Shown here: positions 1 through 13,950 of the stretch, piece by piece
Layout of the letters: every line of letters starts with the position of its first letter
How positions within the stretch are numbered: position 1 is the stretch's first letter
DNA from: Mizuhopecten yessoensis
Lineage: Eukaryota
Direction of reading: 5' to 3'
NCBI RefSeq assembly: GCF_002113885.1
Contig: NW_018408864.1
Location: 2,037,412 to 2,101,411, forward strand
DNA length: 64,000 bases
Notes under the pieces: generated by a model
What the model was told of the DNA's origin: nothing
Seen by the model: only the letters and a program-made list of their open reading frames with translations
The model's database searches: none
Made by a program: the position numbers and the translations under genes

Positions 1-158
1 AAAGATCAAATGTTTTGGTTTTAGTGTGTTCTTAGATGATGAAAACATTGCTTTACTCTAACTTAATTTCCAAAATGTTATTTCACCATTCTTCTTCCAT
101 ATATAGTTTATCTTTTGAATTAGAAAACTTTCTAGCTACGATGGTTGAAAAAAACTCG
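1..158 (+). repeat. Tail fragment of an additional upstream copy of the tandem unit
   Basis: Matches 22361-22518 with no differences found by eye; followed by an N gap (159-1078). Confidence 0.8.
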
Positions 159-2278
159 NNNNNNNNNNNNNNNNNNNNNNNNNNNNNNNNNNNNNNNNNN
201 NNNNNNNNNNNNNNNNNNNNNNNNNNNNNNNNNNNNNNNNNNNNNNNNNNNNNNNNNNNNNNNNNNNNNNNNNNNNNNNNNNNNNNNNNNNNNNNNNNNN
301 NNNNNNNNNNNNNNNNNNNNNNNNNNNNNNNNNNNNNNNNNNNNNNNNNNNNNNNNNNNNNNNNNNNNNNNNNNNNNNNNNNNNNNNNNNNNNNNNNNNN
401 NNNNNNNNNNNNNNNNNNNNNNNNNNNNNNNNNNNNNNNNNNNNNNNNNNNNNNNNNNNNNNNNNNNNNNNNNNNNNNNNNNNNNNNNNNNNNNNNNNNN
501 NNNNNNNNNNNNNNNNNNNNNNNNNNNNNNNNNNNNNNNNNNNNNNNNNNNNNNNNNNNNNNNNNNNNNNNNNNNNNNNNNNNNNNNNNNNNNNNNNNNN
601 NNNNNNNNNNNNNNNNNNNNNNNNNNNNNNNNNNNNNNNNNNNNNNNNNNNNNNNNNNNNNNNNNNNNNNNNNNNNNNNNNNNNNNNNNNNNNNNNNNNN
701 NNNNNNNNNNNNNNNNNNNNNNNNNNNNNNNNNNNNNNNNNNNNNNNNNNNNNNNNNNNNNNNNNNNNNNNNNNNNNNNNNNNNNNNNNNNNNNNNNNNN
801 NNNNNNNNNNNNNNNNNNNNNNNNNNNNNNNNNNNNNNNNNNNNNNNNNNNNNNNNNNNNNNNNNNNNNNNNNNNNNNNNNNNNNNNNNNNNNNNNNNNN
901 NNNNNNNNNNNNNNNNNNNNNNNNNNNNNNNNNNNNNNNNNNNNNNNNNNNNNNNNNNNNNNNNNNNNNNNNNNNNNNNNNNNNNNNNNNNNNNNNNNNN
1001 NNNNNNNNNNNNNNNNNNNNNNNNNNNNNNNNNNNNNNNNNNNNNNNNNNNNNNNNNNNNNNNNNNNNNNNNNNNNNNAGTGGGGTTACTACAGGATAAT
1101 ATAATTGCTTTTGTTGGAATTTCTACTGAACTGCAATAGATACGGGTGGGCTTATTACCAGGCATGGGCTTATTGTCTGATAAAATACTGTAATACATAC
1201 AGATCCCAAATCCGTTCCCAAACTTAACCATTCGTTAACATTGCGACAAAAAAAACTAAGGAAGTTTTCATAACTCAAGCAGTGCTCACCAATGAGAATT
1301 AAGGTGAAAAATCTTCTTCAGTTAAAGAACGTTCGTAAATATGTGGCTTCACCTGATAAGTAATACTGTGACTATACTAAGGCATATGACAAGGTGAGTT
1401 GACATGCTCCCGTGTCTATATTGTAGCAAGTTATTGTGACTAAAGTAGATATGTTGCTAAGAAGCATTACTCCTCCTCTTATAATGTCTTCCATGATACG
1501 TGTCGACTGCTGACGGACTTACTTAAAACAGGGTTTTCAGGGATGGTTAAGGACAATGTCAATACATTTTCTTTTATTACCATACAATATTTTTGGAATA
1601 CTGCCAGAGTTGGGGCCCTTGATTAAATATCCTCAAAAAACGTGTCCTCATGCAAGAGGGCTGTCATTCATTCATCCTTTCATTCAGTCGTTGAATTATT
1701 CATTCAATTGTTTACTTATTCTCTCATTGATTTCTTTTCATAACATCCTTTCTTTTACATTTTATTCCGTGTTTACATTCATTCCTACATTTATTATTTA
1801 CATTAATTCTCTCTTTGTTTACACTCATTCACTCATTTCATCTATTTATTCATACAATTTGAAGTTTTCTCCTTTATAATATATATATGATATAAAAATA
1901 TATATAATATAATAATAGTAATACTGTGACTATATATACTAAGGTATATGACAAATATTACTATATGTCTTCTATGATACGTGTCGACTGCTGACGGACT
2001 TATTTGAAACAGTGTTTTTAAATAGTTATATAATATAATATATAGAGATACTATATAATACTTAGTAAATGTACTGAGGCATGACAAATATGAGGCAGGA
2101 AGGAGGGGAACCCCCTGATTTGCCAGCTAGGCACCGGATATATCACAAATGAGCATGCGAGGAGAGCAAACATTTCAAACTAATAAGGGGAGATAACTTT
2201 TATTAAAAAAACAACAACATGTAAGTAATATTTAAAATAATAATGAATTAATGTCGTTATTATTAAAAGTTGTTCGAA

Positions 2279-2860
2279 TTAACCCCATTTATTTTGGAAG
2301 GATAATAGAGATTTACTTTTCATCGCAATAAACTTCTCTTCTTTCATTGTATGTGCAAAAATAATCTTACACATTTCAAAATTTGGAATGTAGTCTTTAA
2401 TGCGGCTACAGTATATGTGATCTTTTATTATTACCAGAAAATGGTTTAATAAAAGTCCAATCTTTGAATTTCCAAAATGGATATCTATATCTTTAAATTC
2501 AATATATGGCTGTCTATCATCATTCTCAGTATACCAAACATTAAAATCATCCAATAATCTCTGTACATAATAGCATTGAGTAAAAATGGGTTCCAATGTT
2601 TCTGTTTCTCTGTTACAGAATGTACATAATTGATTTGTTATTAATTTCATTTTTACTTACTCTTTATTAGTTGGTAGAATCCTATGATTGATTTTGTATT
2701 GGAAAGTTTGTAATTTTGTTTCCATTTTACGGTTAAATGCATTCATATAAATATCTTGCCAGTTGAAATCCTCATCCATCTCGAAAACTGATTTCCATTA
2801 CTCTTGGCTATGATTGGGCATTATTATGACATTTGCAACAAACTTTCTATAGATAATAAT
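2279..2860 (-). mobile_element. L1/Tx1-type LINE ORF2 C-terminal remnant (zf-RVT-like region)
   Basis: Minus-strand translation ETKLQTFQYKINHRILPTN...LCTFCNRETETLEPIFTQC matches the RT zinc-binding C-terminus of Tx1/L1 elements; 5'-truncated and interrupted by stops. Confidence 0.85.
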
Positions 2861-5712
2861 GTATCATCAGCGTACAAATGTATATATGCAAACTACATTA
2901 ATTGACACTAAGTGGTATGTCATTGACATACATGATGCACATCGGAAAACCAGGTTTCCCTCGGGTATACTTACTGTAAGCTGTGTCTCGCTCAAACTTG
3001 GTTTTGATTTTACAACCAAAAATCTGAAAAGGCACAAACAAAACCGAAGAGAAACTGGAAACACATTAATTAGTTTACTTGTCAAAACGAAACAAGTCCA
3101 GATTTATTTTGAAAGCAGTACACTGTAACTTTAAGCCCTGAATTGCCTTCATTTGTCATTCATTGATAAAAGCCTGTCCAGTTTGCATTCACATTGCCTA
3201 TGAATATCATCTGAAAGTAATATGATCATAGGTTTCACTGTACCCGGACCAGATCAATGCTTAAATGTATACTAGTGATCAAGGTAAAAACTTAAAATAG
3301 AAAGTGTATTTAAAAATAAGGATATATCTTTTTACTCCGGATACGACCAGTCACTGTGATGCCTTTTCTTTTCCTTTTACCAGGGCGACACAATTCTGCT
3401 CAAGAGTCAAATAAACAATTACAGGCAAAGTCTCTGAACAATATGTTTACGTTGGCCAGTGCTATACATAAAACTGACTTTTATTCAATACGTAGAACTA
3501 CAAACTGCAAAAAAAAATATCTGCTGAAGCAATGACATCAAATGTTACTATTTGTTATCAGAATTAACGAGAGAAATGGGAAGTTCCATCTGTTTGAAGC
3601 TTCTTTAGAAGTTTAATTTAAACGAATATATTTCTCATGAGCAAGACAGGGACATAGCGTAGAATTATTTGAATATTTTCCAACGAATATATTAAACGTC
3701 AAAATAACAACGGACATTTATATTTTTATTGTAAAGATATATATTCAGTGGAGGGTAAATGGATTTTTTCGATCGTATCGATTTGAGTAATTTGTTATGA
3801 TTGATTAAATAAGTTACCATAGAACAACCGATTTTAGCCTTCAAATCGAAACAGTACCCCAGGAAATGCAAATTTGAGGCAAAGTTTTCAATTCACATAT
3901 TTTAATTATCATTTTATTAGTAAATGTGTTTGTCAAACCATTACTGCAATTAGAGGGGCAGATCAGCCCTTAGTGTTACCAATAAGACTCAATATTTTCA
4001 TTCATTGAGACAAAATAGCTCGGAAGTCGTAGTCGTTCGTAACTATGCAACGTCAGAACATGTTGGCTGGCCTATCGAAATCTAGCGCAATCTGTGTATG
4101 TATATAACAGTTATTATAAATCAGTTGTTTCGCTTGACACGTTTTGTTTGTAATGTAGCGGAACTGGACTGGACCGATCATCGGAAGGAGAAGACGCTTA
4201 CCCTTCCGGAACACATGTTCTTATTATCATTGTACAATGAACTTCCCCAGGGGTCTACAAACAACACTTTCTTTGATTATATTCTGCCCTGATTCGATAG
4301 ATTTCGAGTTCGAACAACGGTCTGGTGCACACTGCGATAGTACGTATTCTTTCTTAAACAAGGACAATGGACAGGAGATGTACAATGGTAACTAGAGTAC
4401 TTTTTTTTTTCAAAAATATTATACAACATACAAACAAATTCCTTTTCTCTGATTTTCGCTGGCGCCGATTGTGCCTCCTCCTTCCCTCCTTAAATAATAT
4501 TAAACTATTAATATTAAAATTGAACTGCATCAAGTGTGACACCATCACGATGTCTCCCGTCAAAACATGCAATGGGATTTTTTGAAACGTTTACAAAATG
4601 TAATACATGAAACTACACATGCAACATGCAGTTATATCTCACCCGTCGAGACATCAGTGATTTTTTTCACTAGTTCTTCTCTGTTTTATTGCTCCGAGCG
4701 GGATCCCTTCTTATTCGTATTCGTATTCTTTTGTCATAATCAAGTTTCGTCACGCCTAGTGTATACATTTTGTTTTTATTTAAATCGACTTTTCAGTCCA
4801 GTTTGGTCGTTTGTGTATTGACGATTGTTGATGTTTCACTCCTCTTGTTTATTTCTGAACGGTATAATTTGAAAACAAAATATTTCACCTGCAACTTCAA
4901 ATGGAGTTCAACATTGTGGTCTTACTACTGAGACTTGTTATAACACAATTGGAAACTATAAATGCCATTGTCATTGTACATACAGTATGTAGCCATATGT
5001 ATTGATGTGTTTTCTTTCTTCAGAACGACATTTACTGCAATCCGGATAAAAGATTGCATACCGTTCCATCTTTTAGTTTATAATTTTGTTTTCCGGTTTC
5101 GTTTCGTTGTTTATCGTCCTGCTTTCGGTTCCACACTTTGACCGGGGACTTTTACTCCACAGGTTTACAAGATTTAAACTGCAAACGCTTGCGTGCATGA
5201 AGCAAATGTTTTAGTGATATGCTATGACAAGTGTTCAGTTTGTTTTTATAAGGGAGTAAAGACAGGTCCTGCACAACGCAACTATCAATATTGTCATTAT
5301 TGATCTTGTTACTACTTGTTAGACTTTGAACCGCCAGGTACGTTATTGGATAGGGGCGCATATAAGATCACTATTGATAGTAGTTGCGTGACCCTGTGGG
5401 TCCTGTTAATGAGTTACATCCACTAGCAGGTGCTTGGTACATAAACATAAATATAAATCCTTGGACACACATATTATATATAAGGACGTTGTAGTATTAA
5501 ACATTTAAAAAAATATTTCGCTTCTCAATTACATCCTGCTACAAGGAACTTACTTCCTTTTAGCACCATTGTAAGAACGGCCGACTGGATAGCTGGGAGG
5601 GTGAGGTGGGGGCTGATTTGATTCCTGGTGGAAACACTATTTATTTCCTGTTTAATTATTAAATATTTAATTGATGTACATAATCTCAAATGAGAAAACA
5701 ATACTGATGCAA

Positions 5713-6662
5713 TTTAGCTCAACTGCCCGAAGGGCAAGTGAGCTTATGACATAGCGCATCGTCCGCCATCCGTCCATCTATCAACTTTTCCTTTAAAACG
5801 ATACTAGTCTTGAACGGTGAAGTGGTTTTTAACTCAATTTGGTTTGGATCATCTGTGGACTCAGGCAGTCATTTTTTGATAAACGTGGGTGTGGTCCCCC
5901 TGGGGGCAGAGGGTTGGGGTCAATAGGGGAAATAGAGGTTTACATTTAAAATCCCTTTTCTACCATAAGGATTAAGGGATTTTATCCCAATTTGGTCTGG
6001 GCCATCCTTATGTCAAAGGGCACTCTAATTTGTATAAACGGTGGGCGTGGCCCCCTAGGGGCAGAGGAGAGAGGCCCAATAGGGATAATAGAGGTAAAAC
6101 TTTTAAATCTTTTTTCTACTGTAAGGGATAAAGGGATTTTATCCTAATTTTGTCTATCAAGTTATCAAGAAGTGCCTGTTACTATTAGGATGTATTCATT
6201 CAAACAAGATGGCCAACAGGACGCCATCTTGGATTTTGACATTTGAAGGTTGTTCTTGCTATATCTCTAGAAATACTGGATGGATCTTCTTGAAATTTCA
6301 TTTAAGGAATGAAATTTATTTTTTCAACACTCATGAGGTCATAACAACATTAGCTTTCTGGGTATATTTTATGAATCGTGTTAGTGGTTCTTGGTAAATT
6401 TATTAACATTTTTTAAGTGCTTTGAATTCTCCAATCGTCTACCGGTCGCCAACTACCCCCTGTACTACGTCATTGTAGTGTATCAAGACGCAGTGATGAG
6501 GTCATCTGTGTTATGCAAAAATGAAATTTATGTTGGTCAATGGGTCAAAGCATACATAATGTAATTATATGTACATACAGTAACTACCATTGAGTGCTAT
6601 ATCTTTTACCTCATATCAAATACTTTAAACATATACAGGTGAGCGATACAGGGCATCGTGTT
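5713..6662 (+). mobile_element. Non-autonomous Helentron/HINE-like element with a nested repeat
   Basis: Starts tttagctca(a/c)ctg...gtgagctt, then a GTCC microsatellite, and ends caggtgagcgatacaggg (subterminal inverted repeat). A copy lies at 16820-17728 and a truncated copy at ~29560-29860. Confidence 0.65.
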
Positions 6663-7141
6663 GTATAGATAATTCCATTTGGAGCCTAGTAACCTGATGA
6701 ATCCAGAAGTAAAAGACAAAGCACTGGCAACTCTGACTAACAGTTTGGTTTTTGTACGGGTCACACAGGCAATATTTTATTAATTCTACCACATCACAGT
6801 CTCATTTCAATTTTTTCTTAGAGAATCTTCCTAACAAGACAACCATAAAATCAAAAGGAAAGTTCATACATTCTTAATAAGGAAAAGGGAGGAAAGATCG
6901 AGTAATATCGTTTGGAATGTAGTTAATTTTAGACAACTGATATAAAGAAGGTGGTTAGTGTTTCAGTATACCACACAGTTAACGTTTAGTGTTGTTGGCA
7001 GTTTATAGCCTGACACATCTGCCCTTCTTGAATACTAATTCCTAATTGATCCAACATTTTTGTTTTGTTTGAAATAGGTAAGCTATTTCTAAAGGAAGAG
7101 TCTTCTACAGCAGTGAGCCAGGTACAACAGGTTTGAAAAAC

Positions 7142-10100
7142 ATGGCATCCAACTGGCAGGGAGATTACTCGGCTCTTCAATGTAAGTGTCTGTAAGTTAG
7201 ACCAGATTGACCAAAAACTTATACATGATGGTAATTAATGATGGATCAGCCGATATAAATAAATCATTCTAAATCATAAAATGATTTACCAATATCAGAG
7301 TTTTATCACATTTATTATAAGGTGACAGTGCCCTGAGTCAACCTGAGAATATCCCTCACAACAAATGGAAGCATGCAAAAACTTTTAAAATGCATTTGTG
7401 ACATCATTATGTACTTTAGGCAATTTTCTAATTAGTCCATCATGATGTTCCCACCTGTTCCTTATGCTTAAATACTTGGTTAGGAACTAAATATCACAAA
7501 GTAAGGTAAATTGAGAATTTTTCTCTTAAAATATAATGAATATAATCCTGATTGACAGTAGGTAACATTTTATTATTTCATCTTTTTCGCCAGTTCCTCA
7601 AATTCTGGTCAACTTCAGTAAAAGTATATCATAGACTATAAGTCATGTTATGAAAGCCTTGATACGAAAATATTCCAACGTCTTTTCATCTTTTTTCAGC
7701 ATAATATATTTTTGTAACATTCATAAATCAGCCTGATTTCTTTAATAAAGACTCACCATCTTAACGTTAAGATTCATTTAAATGACTGGTGTGTTATATT
7801 GACACTTCTTTATAGAAAATGTATATTAATTTCAATGAATATTACCTGTTGTTGGTATTTAATGACAGTTGCTATTGTGGAAGACAAAAAAGATTATGGA
7901 AAGTTCAAGATAGAGAGGAAAGACCTTGGCGATTTTACAAAACTGGCTTTTAGCGTCACTTTTGATGAGGCACAAAGGTGAGTCTGTCCTCTGTCCTGTC
8001 TTTGACCTTTTTTGTCTAGCATGTTTAATTTCCTGACTTTTTATCTAACATACTTTACCTTCATTTACCTGAATGATAAAACTTCGCTGCATCAGATGGT
8101 TATGATGGTGGAATGTTGATGTAGCATTTCATCTGTGCTCTCTCATCCATCCTTAACCATTTATTATTGTCACGTTTTCTCAGGAAAATACTGGAAATTT
8201 TTTCTTATTTTTCTTCATCTATGTAATGCAGGTTCCCCTGTGTCTATGTTTTTATTTTGAGACTGATCTGAAGAACAATATAGTTGCCAAGCAGCCATGA
8301 TAGATTTAGATTTTGACTGATGAAGATTGTTATCGCTATTTCTCTGGAAGTATTTATCAGGCCTGTCTCAAATTTTATTTCTTATGGATACAAAGTGATA
8401 ATTGCTTCAACAATTTATCAAATGTAGGTCACTGTGACCAATATTTACACTTCAGTAACTTTGGATTTAGCATCATTTCTTGTTGTGACTTAGAATTTAC
8501 TCTATTTCCATCAACTGAGGAGGTACATGTTTTAAAAACGTTTTCCATTTAGAATAATCTTTGATTTAAATTAAATTAAAATTGACCCGGTGTATTACTT
8601 ACAGAAATGATAACAATGATCACAGATTTCTGTTAAAACAGCACAGATTAAAGAGTATCACAGACAGGGCATACATTTAACAAGATAAAGGACTGTGTTG
8701 TATACACAATGATAACAAATGTTATTTAAAATATTTAGCCTTTAGCTAGAAGAGACTTAAAAGATTGCAGGGTACATTAAAAATTGCAGTCAAGTTCATG
8801 ATCGTTTTTGTTAAAAGTTCTCTCAGCAAGGTAAGAATTACTTAAGTTTCCTACATTAATTTCACTCTTTGGACAATAAAACTGTAAAAGCATACAGGAC
8901 TAAACTAGTTTAATATTATTGCTTTAATTTCTACTTATGTGTTTTGGTATATATTTTTATCATGAGTTTCGTAGATATTGTTTCTGTCCTCTTTTATCTT
9001 ATTTTATTTTATTTTCTCATGATTTTTACAGCGAGCTGCGAGTTCGGACCAGGAAGGATAATGACTTGTATGGATTTAATTACATCATTAAGGGATTAAT
9101 TAAAACTTCAAACCTTGAAGGGGGGCTAAAGGTGAGTCATTAATCTTTTTATCTCATTCCTGTTTTGGGGAGTAATATATTCCAATAGTACTCCAATAGA
9201 TTCTTAATCTCAAACCTTGGGTACTCACGATGATACTAAACTTTCTTGAGCTCCAAGTTATCTGGGATACTTAATATGGCCAAATTAGTTCTTCTTGTAT
9301 GGCGGAACTGCAAGGGGAAATAAGTTATTTATATGGAGTTTCAGGGTGATACAGTAAATTCTTAATTCATCAGTGAAAACAACTCTAGTTTTACTCTCTA
9401 CGTTGTTTGATATTCATTTTTCATTTCAAAAAAAAAATTAAGATATATGTTTTTAGCAAGTGAGCTTATGCCATGGCGCGGCGTCCGTCGTCCGTCCGTC
9501 CGTCATCCGTCCGTCGTCTGGCGTCAATATTTTATTATTAAACAATTTCTCCTCAATAACCAAACGGCCCAGGAAACTGATATTGAACCTGTAGCATGCT
9601 AGATTGAAAGGCTACCAAGTTTGTTCAATTGAATGACCTTGACCTTCTTTCAAGGTCACAGGGGTCAAATATGTTAAAAACCTGTAATACAACTTCTTCT
9701 GAATAACCAAAATGCATAGGATGATGATGATATTTGGCCAGTAGCATGCTGGAATAAAGGACCACCGAGTTTGTCCAAAGCAAAAAACTATTTAACAACA
9801 TCTTCTGAATAACCAAGAGGTATAAGGTGATGATATTTTGCCAGTAACATGCTCGGATGAAGGACTACCACTTTATTCAAATGAATGACCTTGACATATA
9901 TTCAAGGTCACAGGGGTCAAATATGTTAAAAAAAAACACTTTAAAAGACTTTTTCTTAAAAAGCAAAAGGCCAAGGGTGATGATATTTAGCCATAAACAT
10001 GCTGGGATGAAGGACTACCAAGTGAATGACCTTCGCCCATATTCAAGGTCACAGTGGTCAATATATGTTTAAATCTTTAAATGATTTGTTCTGTATAACC

Positions 10101-10462
10101 AAAAGGTCCAGGGTAATAATATTTTGCAAGAAGCATGCTGGGTTAGAAGACTATCAACTCTGTTCAACCTAATGACCTTGTTCGATATTCAAGGTCACAG
10201 GCGTCAAATGTTTTAATCTTTTAATAGGTTCTTATAAATCAAACGCTGATATTCTGCCCGTAGCTGTATTTTAGTCCACTTTAAAGATTACAAGTGTGAT
10301 ATTGATACCAGGTGAGCGATGCAGGCCCATTGGGCCTCTTGTTCCCTGTTTAATATGATAACTTCATTCAGATGCTATGTTTTCTTTGGTTTACAGAAGG
10401 AGAAGAAGCAGGCATTCCTGCGGATAGAAAAGGATTTGAAAGATGGAAACTTTAATCTTTAG
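7142..10462 (+). CDS. Spliced gene, tandem copy 1: uncharacterised 104-aa protein (possible HSP20/CS-like beta-sandwich)
   Basis: Coding exons 7142-7181, 7869-7977, 9032-9131, 10397-10462. GT-AG introns (gtaagt, gtgagt, gtgagt donors; pyrimidine-rich cag acceptors) in phases 1/2/0 join into one open frame: MASNWQGDYSALQFAIVEDKKDYGKFKIERKDLGDFTKLAFSVTFDEAQSELRVRTRKDNDLYGFNYIIKGLIKTSNLEGGLKKEKKQAFLRIEKDLKDGNFNL*. Good start context (AACATGG); AATAAA at 10468-10473. Exon structure is conserved in two more copies. Confidence 0.85.
9451..10343 (+). mobile_element. HINE-like element in intron 3 of copy 1
   Basis: ttttag...gtgagctt start, (GTCC)n, internal tandem repeats with tgaccttga/aaggtcac, and an end of caggtgagcga plus hairpin aggcccattgggcct plus cttgtt. 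Copy 3 shows the empty T-run site at ~36208-36212. Confidence 0.8.
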
Positions 10463-13366
10463 TGACAAATAAAACACATCATCAGCAATGCCTTTAGAAT
10501 GGTTCAGTACGGCATTTATTGTAGTCAGGATTGCAGAGAGGATCAAAGACAGCTTTTACTTTAAGAGACAATCCTGGAATATTCTAACACAGCATTTAGT
10601 TTATAGTTCACATTTATAAACTGTACATTATACATAATAACGATGTGATTTCTTGTTGCTAGACATTAACACTGGATTACCTCCCCTCGTTGGATAACAT
10701 ATATTAACATAATTATAGACATCAACATAGGATTACATTGGCTCGTTTAATAATACCATGCAGGTATAATACTGGATTATCTCCTGTTTTTGGATAATGT
10801 TTTAAGTTGATAATGAGACTTTTAGAAAAATCGTACTGTTTATTGAATTCATTTCACTGTCTTAATTGGGTAACAACACACTGAATTGTTTGTTATAACC
10901 CAATAGTATGTGTTGCAATGCTAGTCTTTACATCATGATGACCAGAAGAAGAGAGCAGGTACAAATTATACTGCAAAAGTCACAAGGATTAATTTTATCA
11001 TATACATTAACACCGGGTTATCTCCCCTCGTTAGATACTACTATATAGGCATTAACACTGGATTATATTAATTACCTCCATTTGTTGGAGATTAGTATAT
11101 AGGCACTAACACTGGATTTTATTAATTACCTCCATTTGTTGTAGATAACTATATAGGCATTAACACTGGATTATATTAATTAAGGATATGTCTTGTATAA
11201 AAAAAAAATGATAATGAGACTTAAACAAAAATCTGTTTATTTGAGTCATGTCTTTGGAAGGAAAGAGCATGTACAAATTAAGCTGCAAAACACACTATTA
11301 GTGCTAAGAGTATTAAGTAAACCTGAATTAAAGTTGTATTTACCTTGAAACAAAATGAACCTTTATTTTTTTATAAATAAACTTTTATCTACATTCCTGT
11401 ATAATTGTATGTGATGTCTTGTCTACAATGAGTTATGGCTATGAAACAGTGCTAGAAATATAGATCGATTTTTTTTGAAATAATTACTTCTTATGGATAT
11501 ATTTGATGTTCAGCATGGTTGTTTTTCTGTGAAATCTAAACCAAAACATTATAGGTAAAATGATGTACATGTACTGATACAGATAAATAGTTTTACGTCC
11601 TATAGTAGTTTGTAAGACTGCTGACTAGCTACGATATTGCATTAAAATGAAACAATAAAATTGTTCCAGAAGCAGAACTAAAATATGTTTGTGGCAGAAT
11701 TCAATACCTATGTCTGTATTGATATTGTAGTAGAGTTTTAATGTGGTCAGCCAAGCAGAGATGACATATAGAAACACTTGGTTTACATTGACGGAATCCT
11801 TCAATTTCAAACAAAACTACACATCAATAACCGCTCAAATTCAATCTCAATCAAAATTAGAAAATTTTATGCACATAAATAACCGCTCAAATTCAATCTC
11901 AATCAAAAAATCAAAAATCAACATCAGCTTCTACTACTGTTATCGAACCTGGTCGTAGATGCTAGAATGTCTTTGTTGTGTACTATTACTGCTGAAATGT
12001 TCATGCTTATATTGTTTAATGTTACTCTATATCAAACATTACATTCATGTATGTATATTTTTTTTTCTTTTCTAAACTTTACTGTACTGTTGTATAGACA
12101 GACATCACTTCCATTTATATATTTTTTTTATTGAGATGAATGTCATTCACATTTTTTTTTTAATTTACATTAATATTTTGTACTTAATTTAAGTAAGGGA
12201 TCATTTAATTCCTTGTGTTTTCAAAGTGGTCAGGTTTTGTATGAATATAAAAGACCTTATTTGGTATTGCAATGTCTGCTAGCCAACAGAAAATGTTGTT
12301 TGAAGTCTATGTTAAAAATCATGTAGATTTATACTTTTTATATACTTATATCTGAAATATTGTTTTTTTCATAATTCACTTTAGGTTTGGCAACAACACT
12401 CTTTATTCAATGTATTTTGTTTTAGTTTTTATTTGGTGTGGTATTTGTAGTGTAGTTTGTGGTTTGTGTATTGCATTTGTTAGAGGATGTTATGCAGATA
12501 TAGTTAATAAAAATTTGAATAAGACTTCCACATTTTTGTTTACACCTTCCAGGCTGGACATCTTTGAAACATGCTAATATTTTCATTGCGACTATGATAT
12601 CAATCTTACAACGTACCTGACGTACTCATATTAATAAGCGGGGGATGGNNNNNNNNNNNNNNNNNNNNNNNNNNNNNNNNNNNNNNNNNNNNNNATTTTT
12701 GGAATACTGCCAGAGTTGGGGCCCTTGATTAAATATCCTCAAAAAACGTGTCCTCATGCAAGAGGGCTGTCATTCATTCATCCTTTCATTCAGTCGTTGA
12801 ATTATTCATTCAATTGTTTACTTATTCTCTCATTGATTTCTTTTCATAACATCCTTTCTTTTACATTTTATTCCGTGTTTACATTCATTCCTACATTTAT
12901 TATTTACATTAATTCTCTCTTTGTTTACACTCATTCACTCATTTCATCTATTTATTCATACAATTTGAAGTTTTCTCCTTTATAATATATATATGATATA
13001 AAAATATATATAATATAATAATAGTAATACTGTGACTATATATACTAAGGTATATGACAAATATTACTATATGTCTTCTATGATACGTGTCGACTGCTGA
13101 CGGACTTATTTGAAACAGTGTTTTTAAATAGTTATATAATATAATATATAGAGATACTATATAATACTTAGTAAATGTACTGAGGCATGACAAATATGAG
13201 GCAGGAAGGAGGGGAACCCCCTGATTGGCCAGCTAGGCACCGGATATATCACTAATGAGCATGCGAGGAGAGCAAACATTTCAAACTAATAAGGGGAGAG
13301 AACTTTTATTAAAAAAAACAACATCTAAGTAATATTTAAAATAATAATGAATTAAGGTCGTTATTA

Positions 13367-13950
13367 TTAAAAATTGTTCGAATTAACCCCATTTATTTTG
13401 GAGGATAATAGAAATTTACTTTTCATCGCAATAAACTTCTCTACTTTCATTGTATGTGCAAAAATAATCTTACACATTTCAAAAATTGGAATGTAGTCTT
13501 TAATTCGGCTACAGTATATATGATGTTTTATTATTACCAGAAAATGGTGTAATAATAGTCCAATCTTTGAATTTCCAAAAAGAATATCTATATCTTTAAA
13601 AACAATATAGGGCTGTTTATCATCATGCTCAGTATACCAAACATTAAAATCATCCAATAATCTCTGTGCATAATAGCATTGAGTAAAATTGGGTTCCAAT
13701 GTTTTTGTTTCTCTGTTACAGAATGTACATAATTGATTTGTTATTAATTTCATTTTTACTAACTCTTTATTAGTTGGTAAAATCCTATGATTGATTTTGT
13801 ATTGGAAAGTTTGTAATTTTGTTTCCATTGTACAGTTAAATATAAATATCTCGCCAGTTGAAATCCTCATCCATCTCAAAAACTGATTTCCATTTTTCTT
13901 GGCTATGTTTGGGCATTATTATGACATTTGTAACAAGATTTCTGTAGATA
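13367..13950 (-). mobile_element. L1/Tx1-type LINE ORF2 remnant (unit 2 copy)
   Basis: ORF 13367-13879 contains FQYKINHRILPTNKELVKMKLITNQLCTFC; duplicated with the unit. Confidence 0.85.

Larger units (their letters stand above)
1196..12648 (+). repeat. Tandem segmental duplication unit 1 (~11.4 kb)
   Basis: Colinear with 12695-23650 and 23662-38600 (LINE remnant, HINEs, gene, 3' flank); ends at gcggggatgg followed by a gap. Confidence 0.9.

Noticed and set aside
36-1231. Long ORFs of 319-382 aa
   Set aside because: Artefacts of translating through the N gap at 159-1078.
1556-2087. Hydrophobic ORFs repeated at 12716-13193 and 24066-24317
   Set aside because: Low-complexity AT-rich (ttca)n-like sequence next to a LINE tail; the frame is not conserved in unit 3, and recurrence reflects the duplication only.
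5025-5162. Candidate non-coding first exon/promoter of the tandem gene (copies at ~16128-16266 and ~28216-28393)
   Set aside because: Conserved in all units and has a possible donor (cacag|gttt), but this cannot be distinguished from passive duplication without transcript data.
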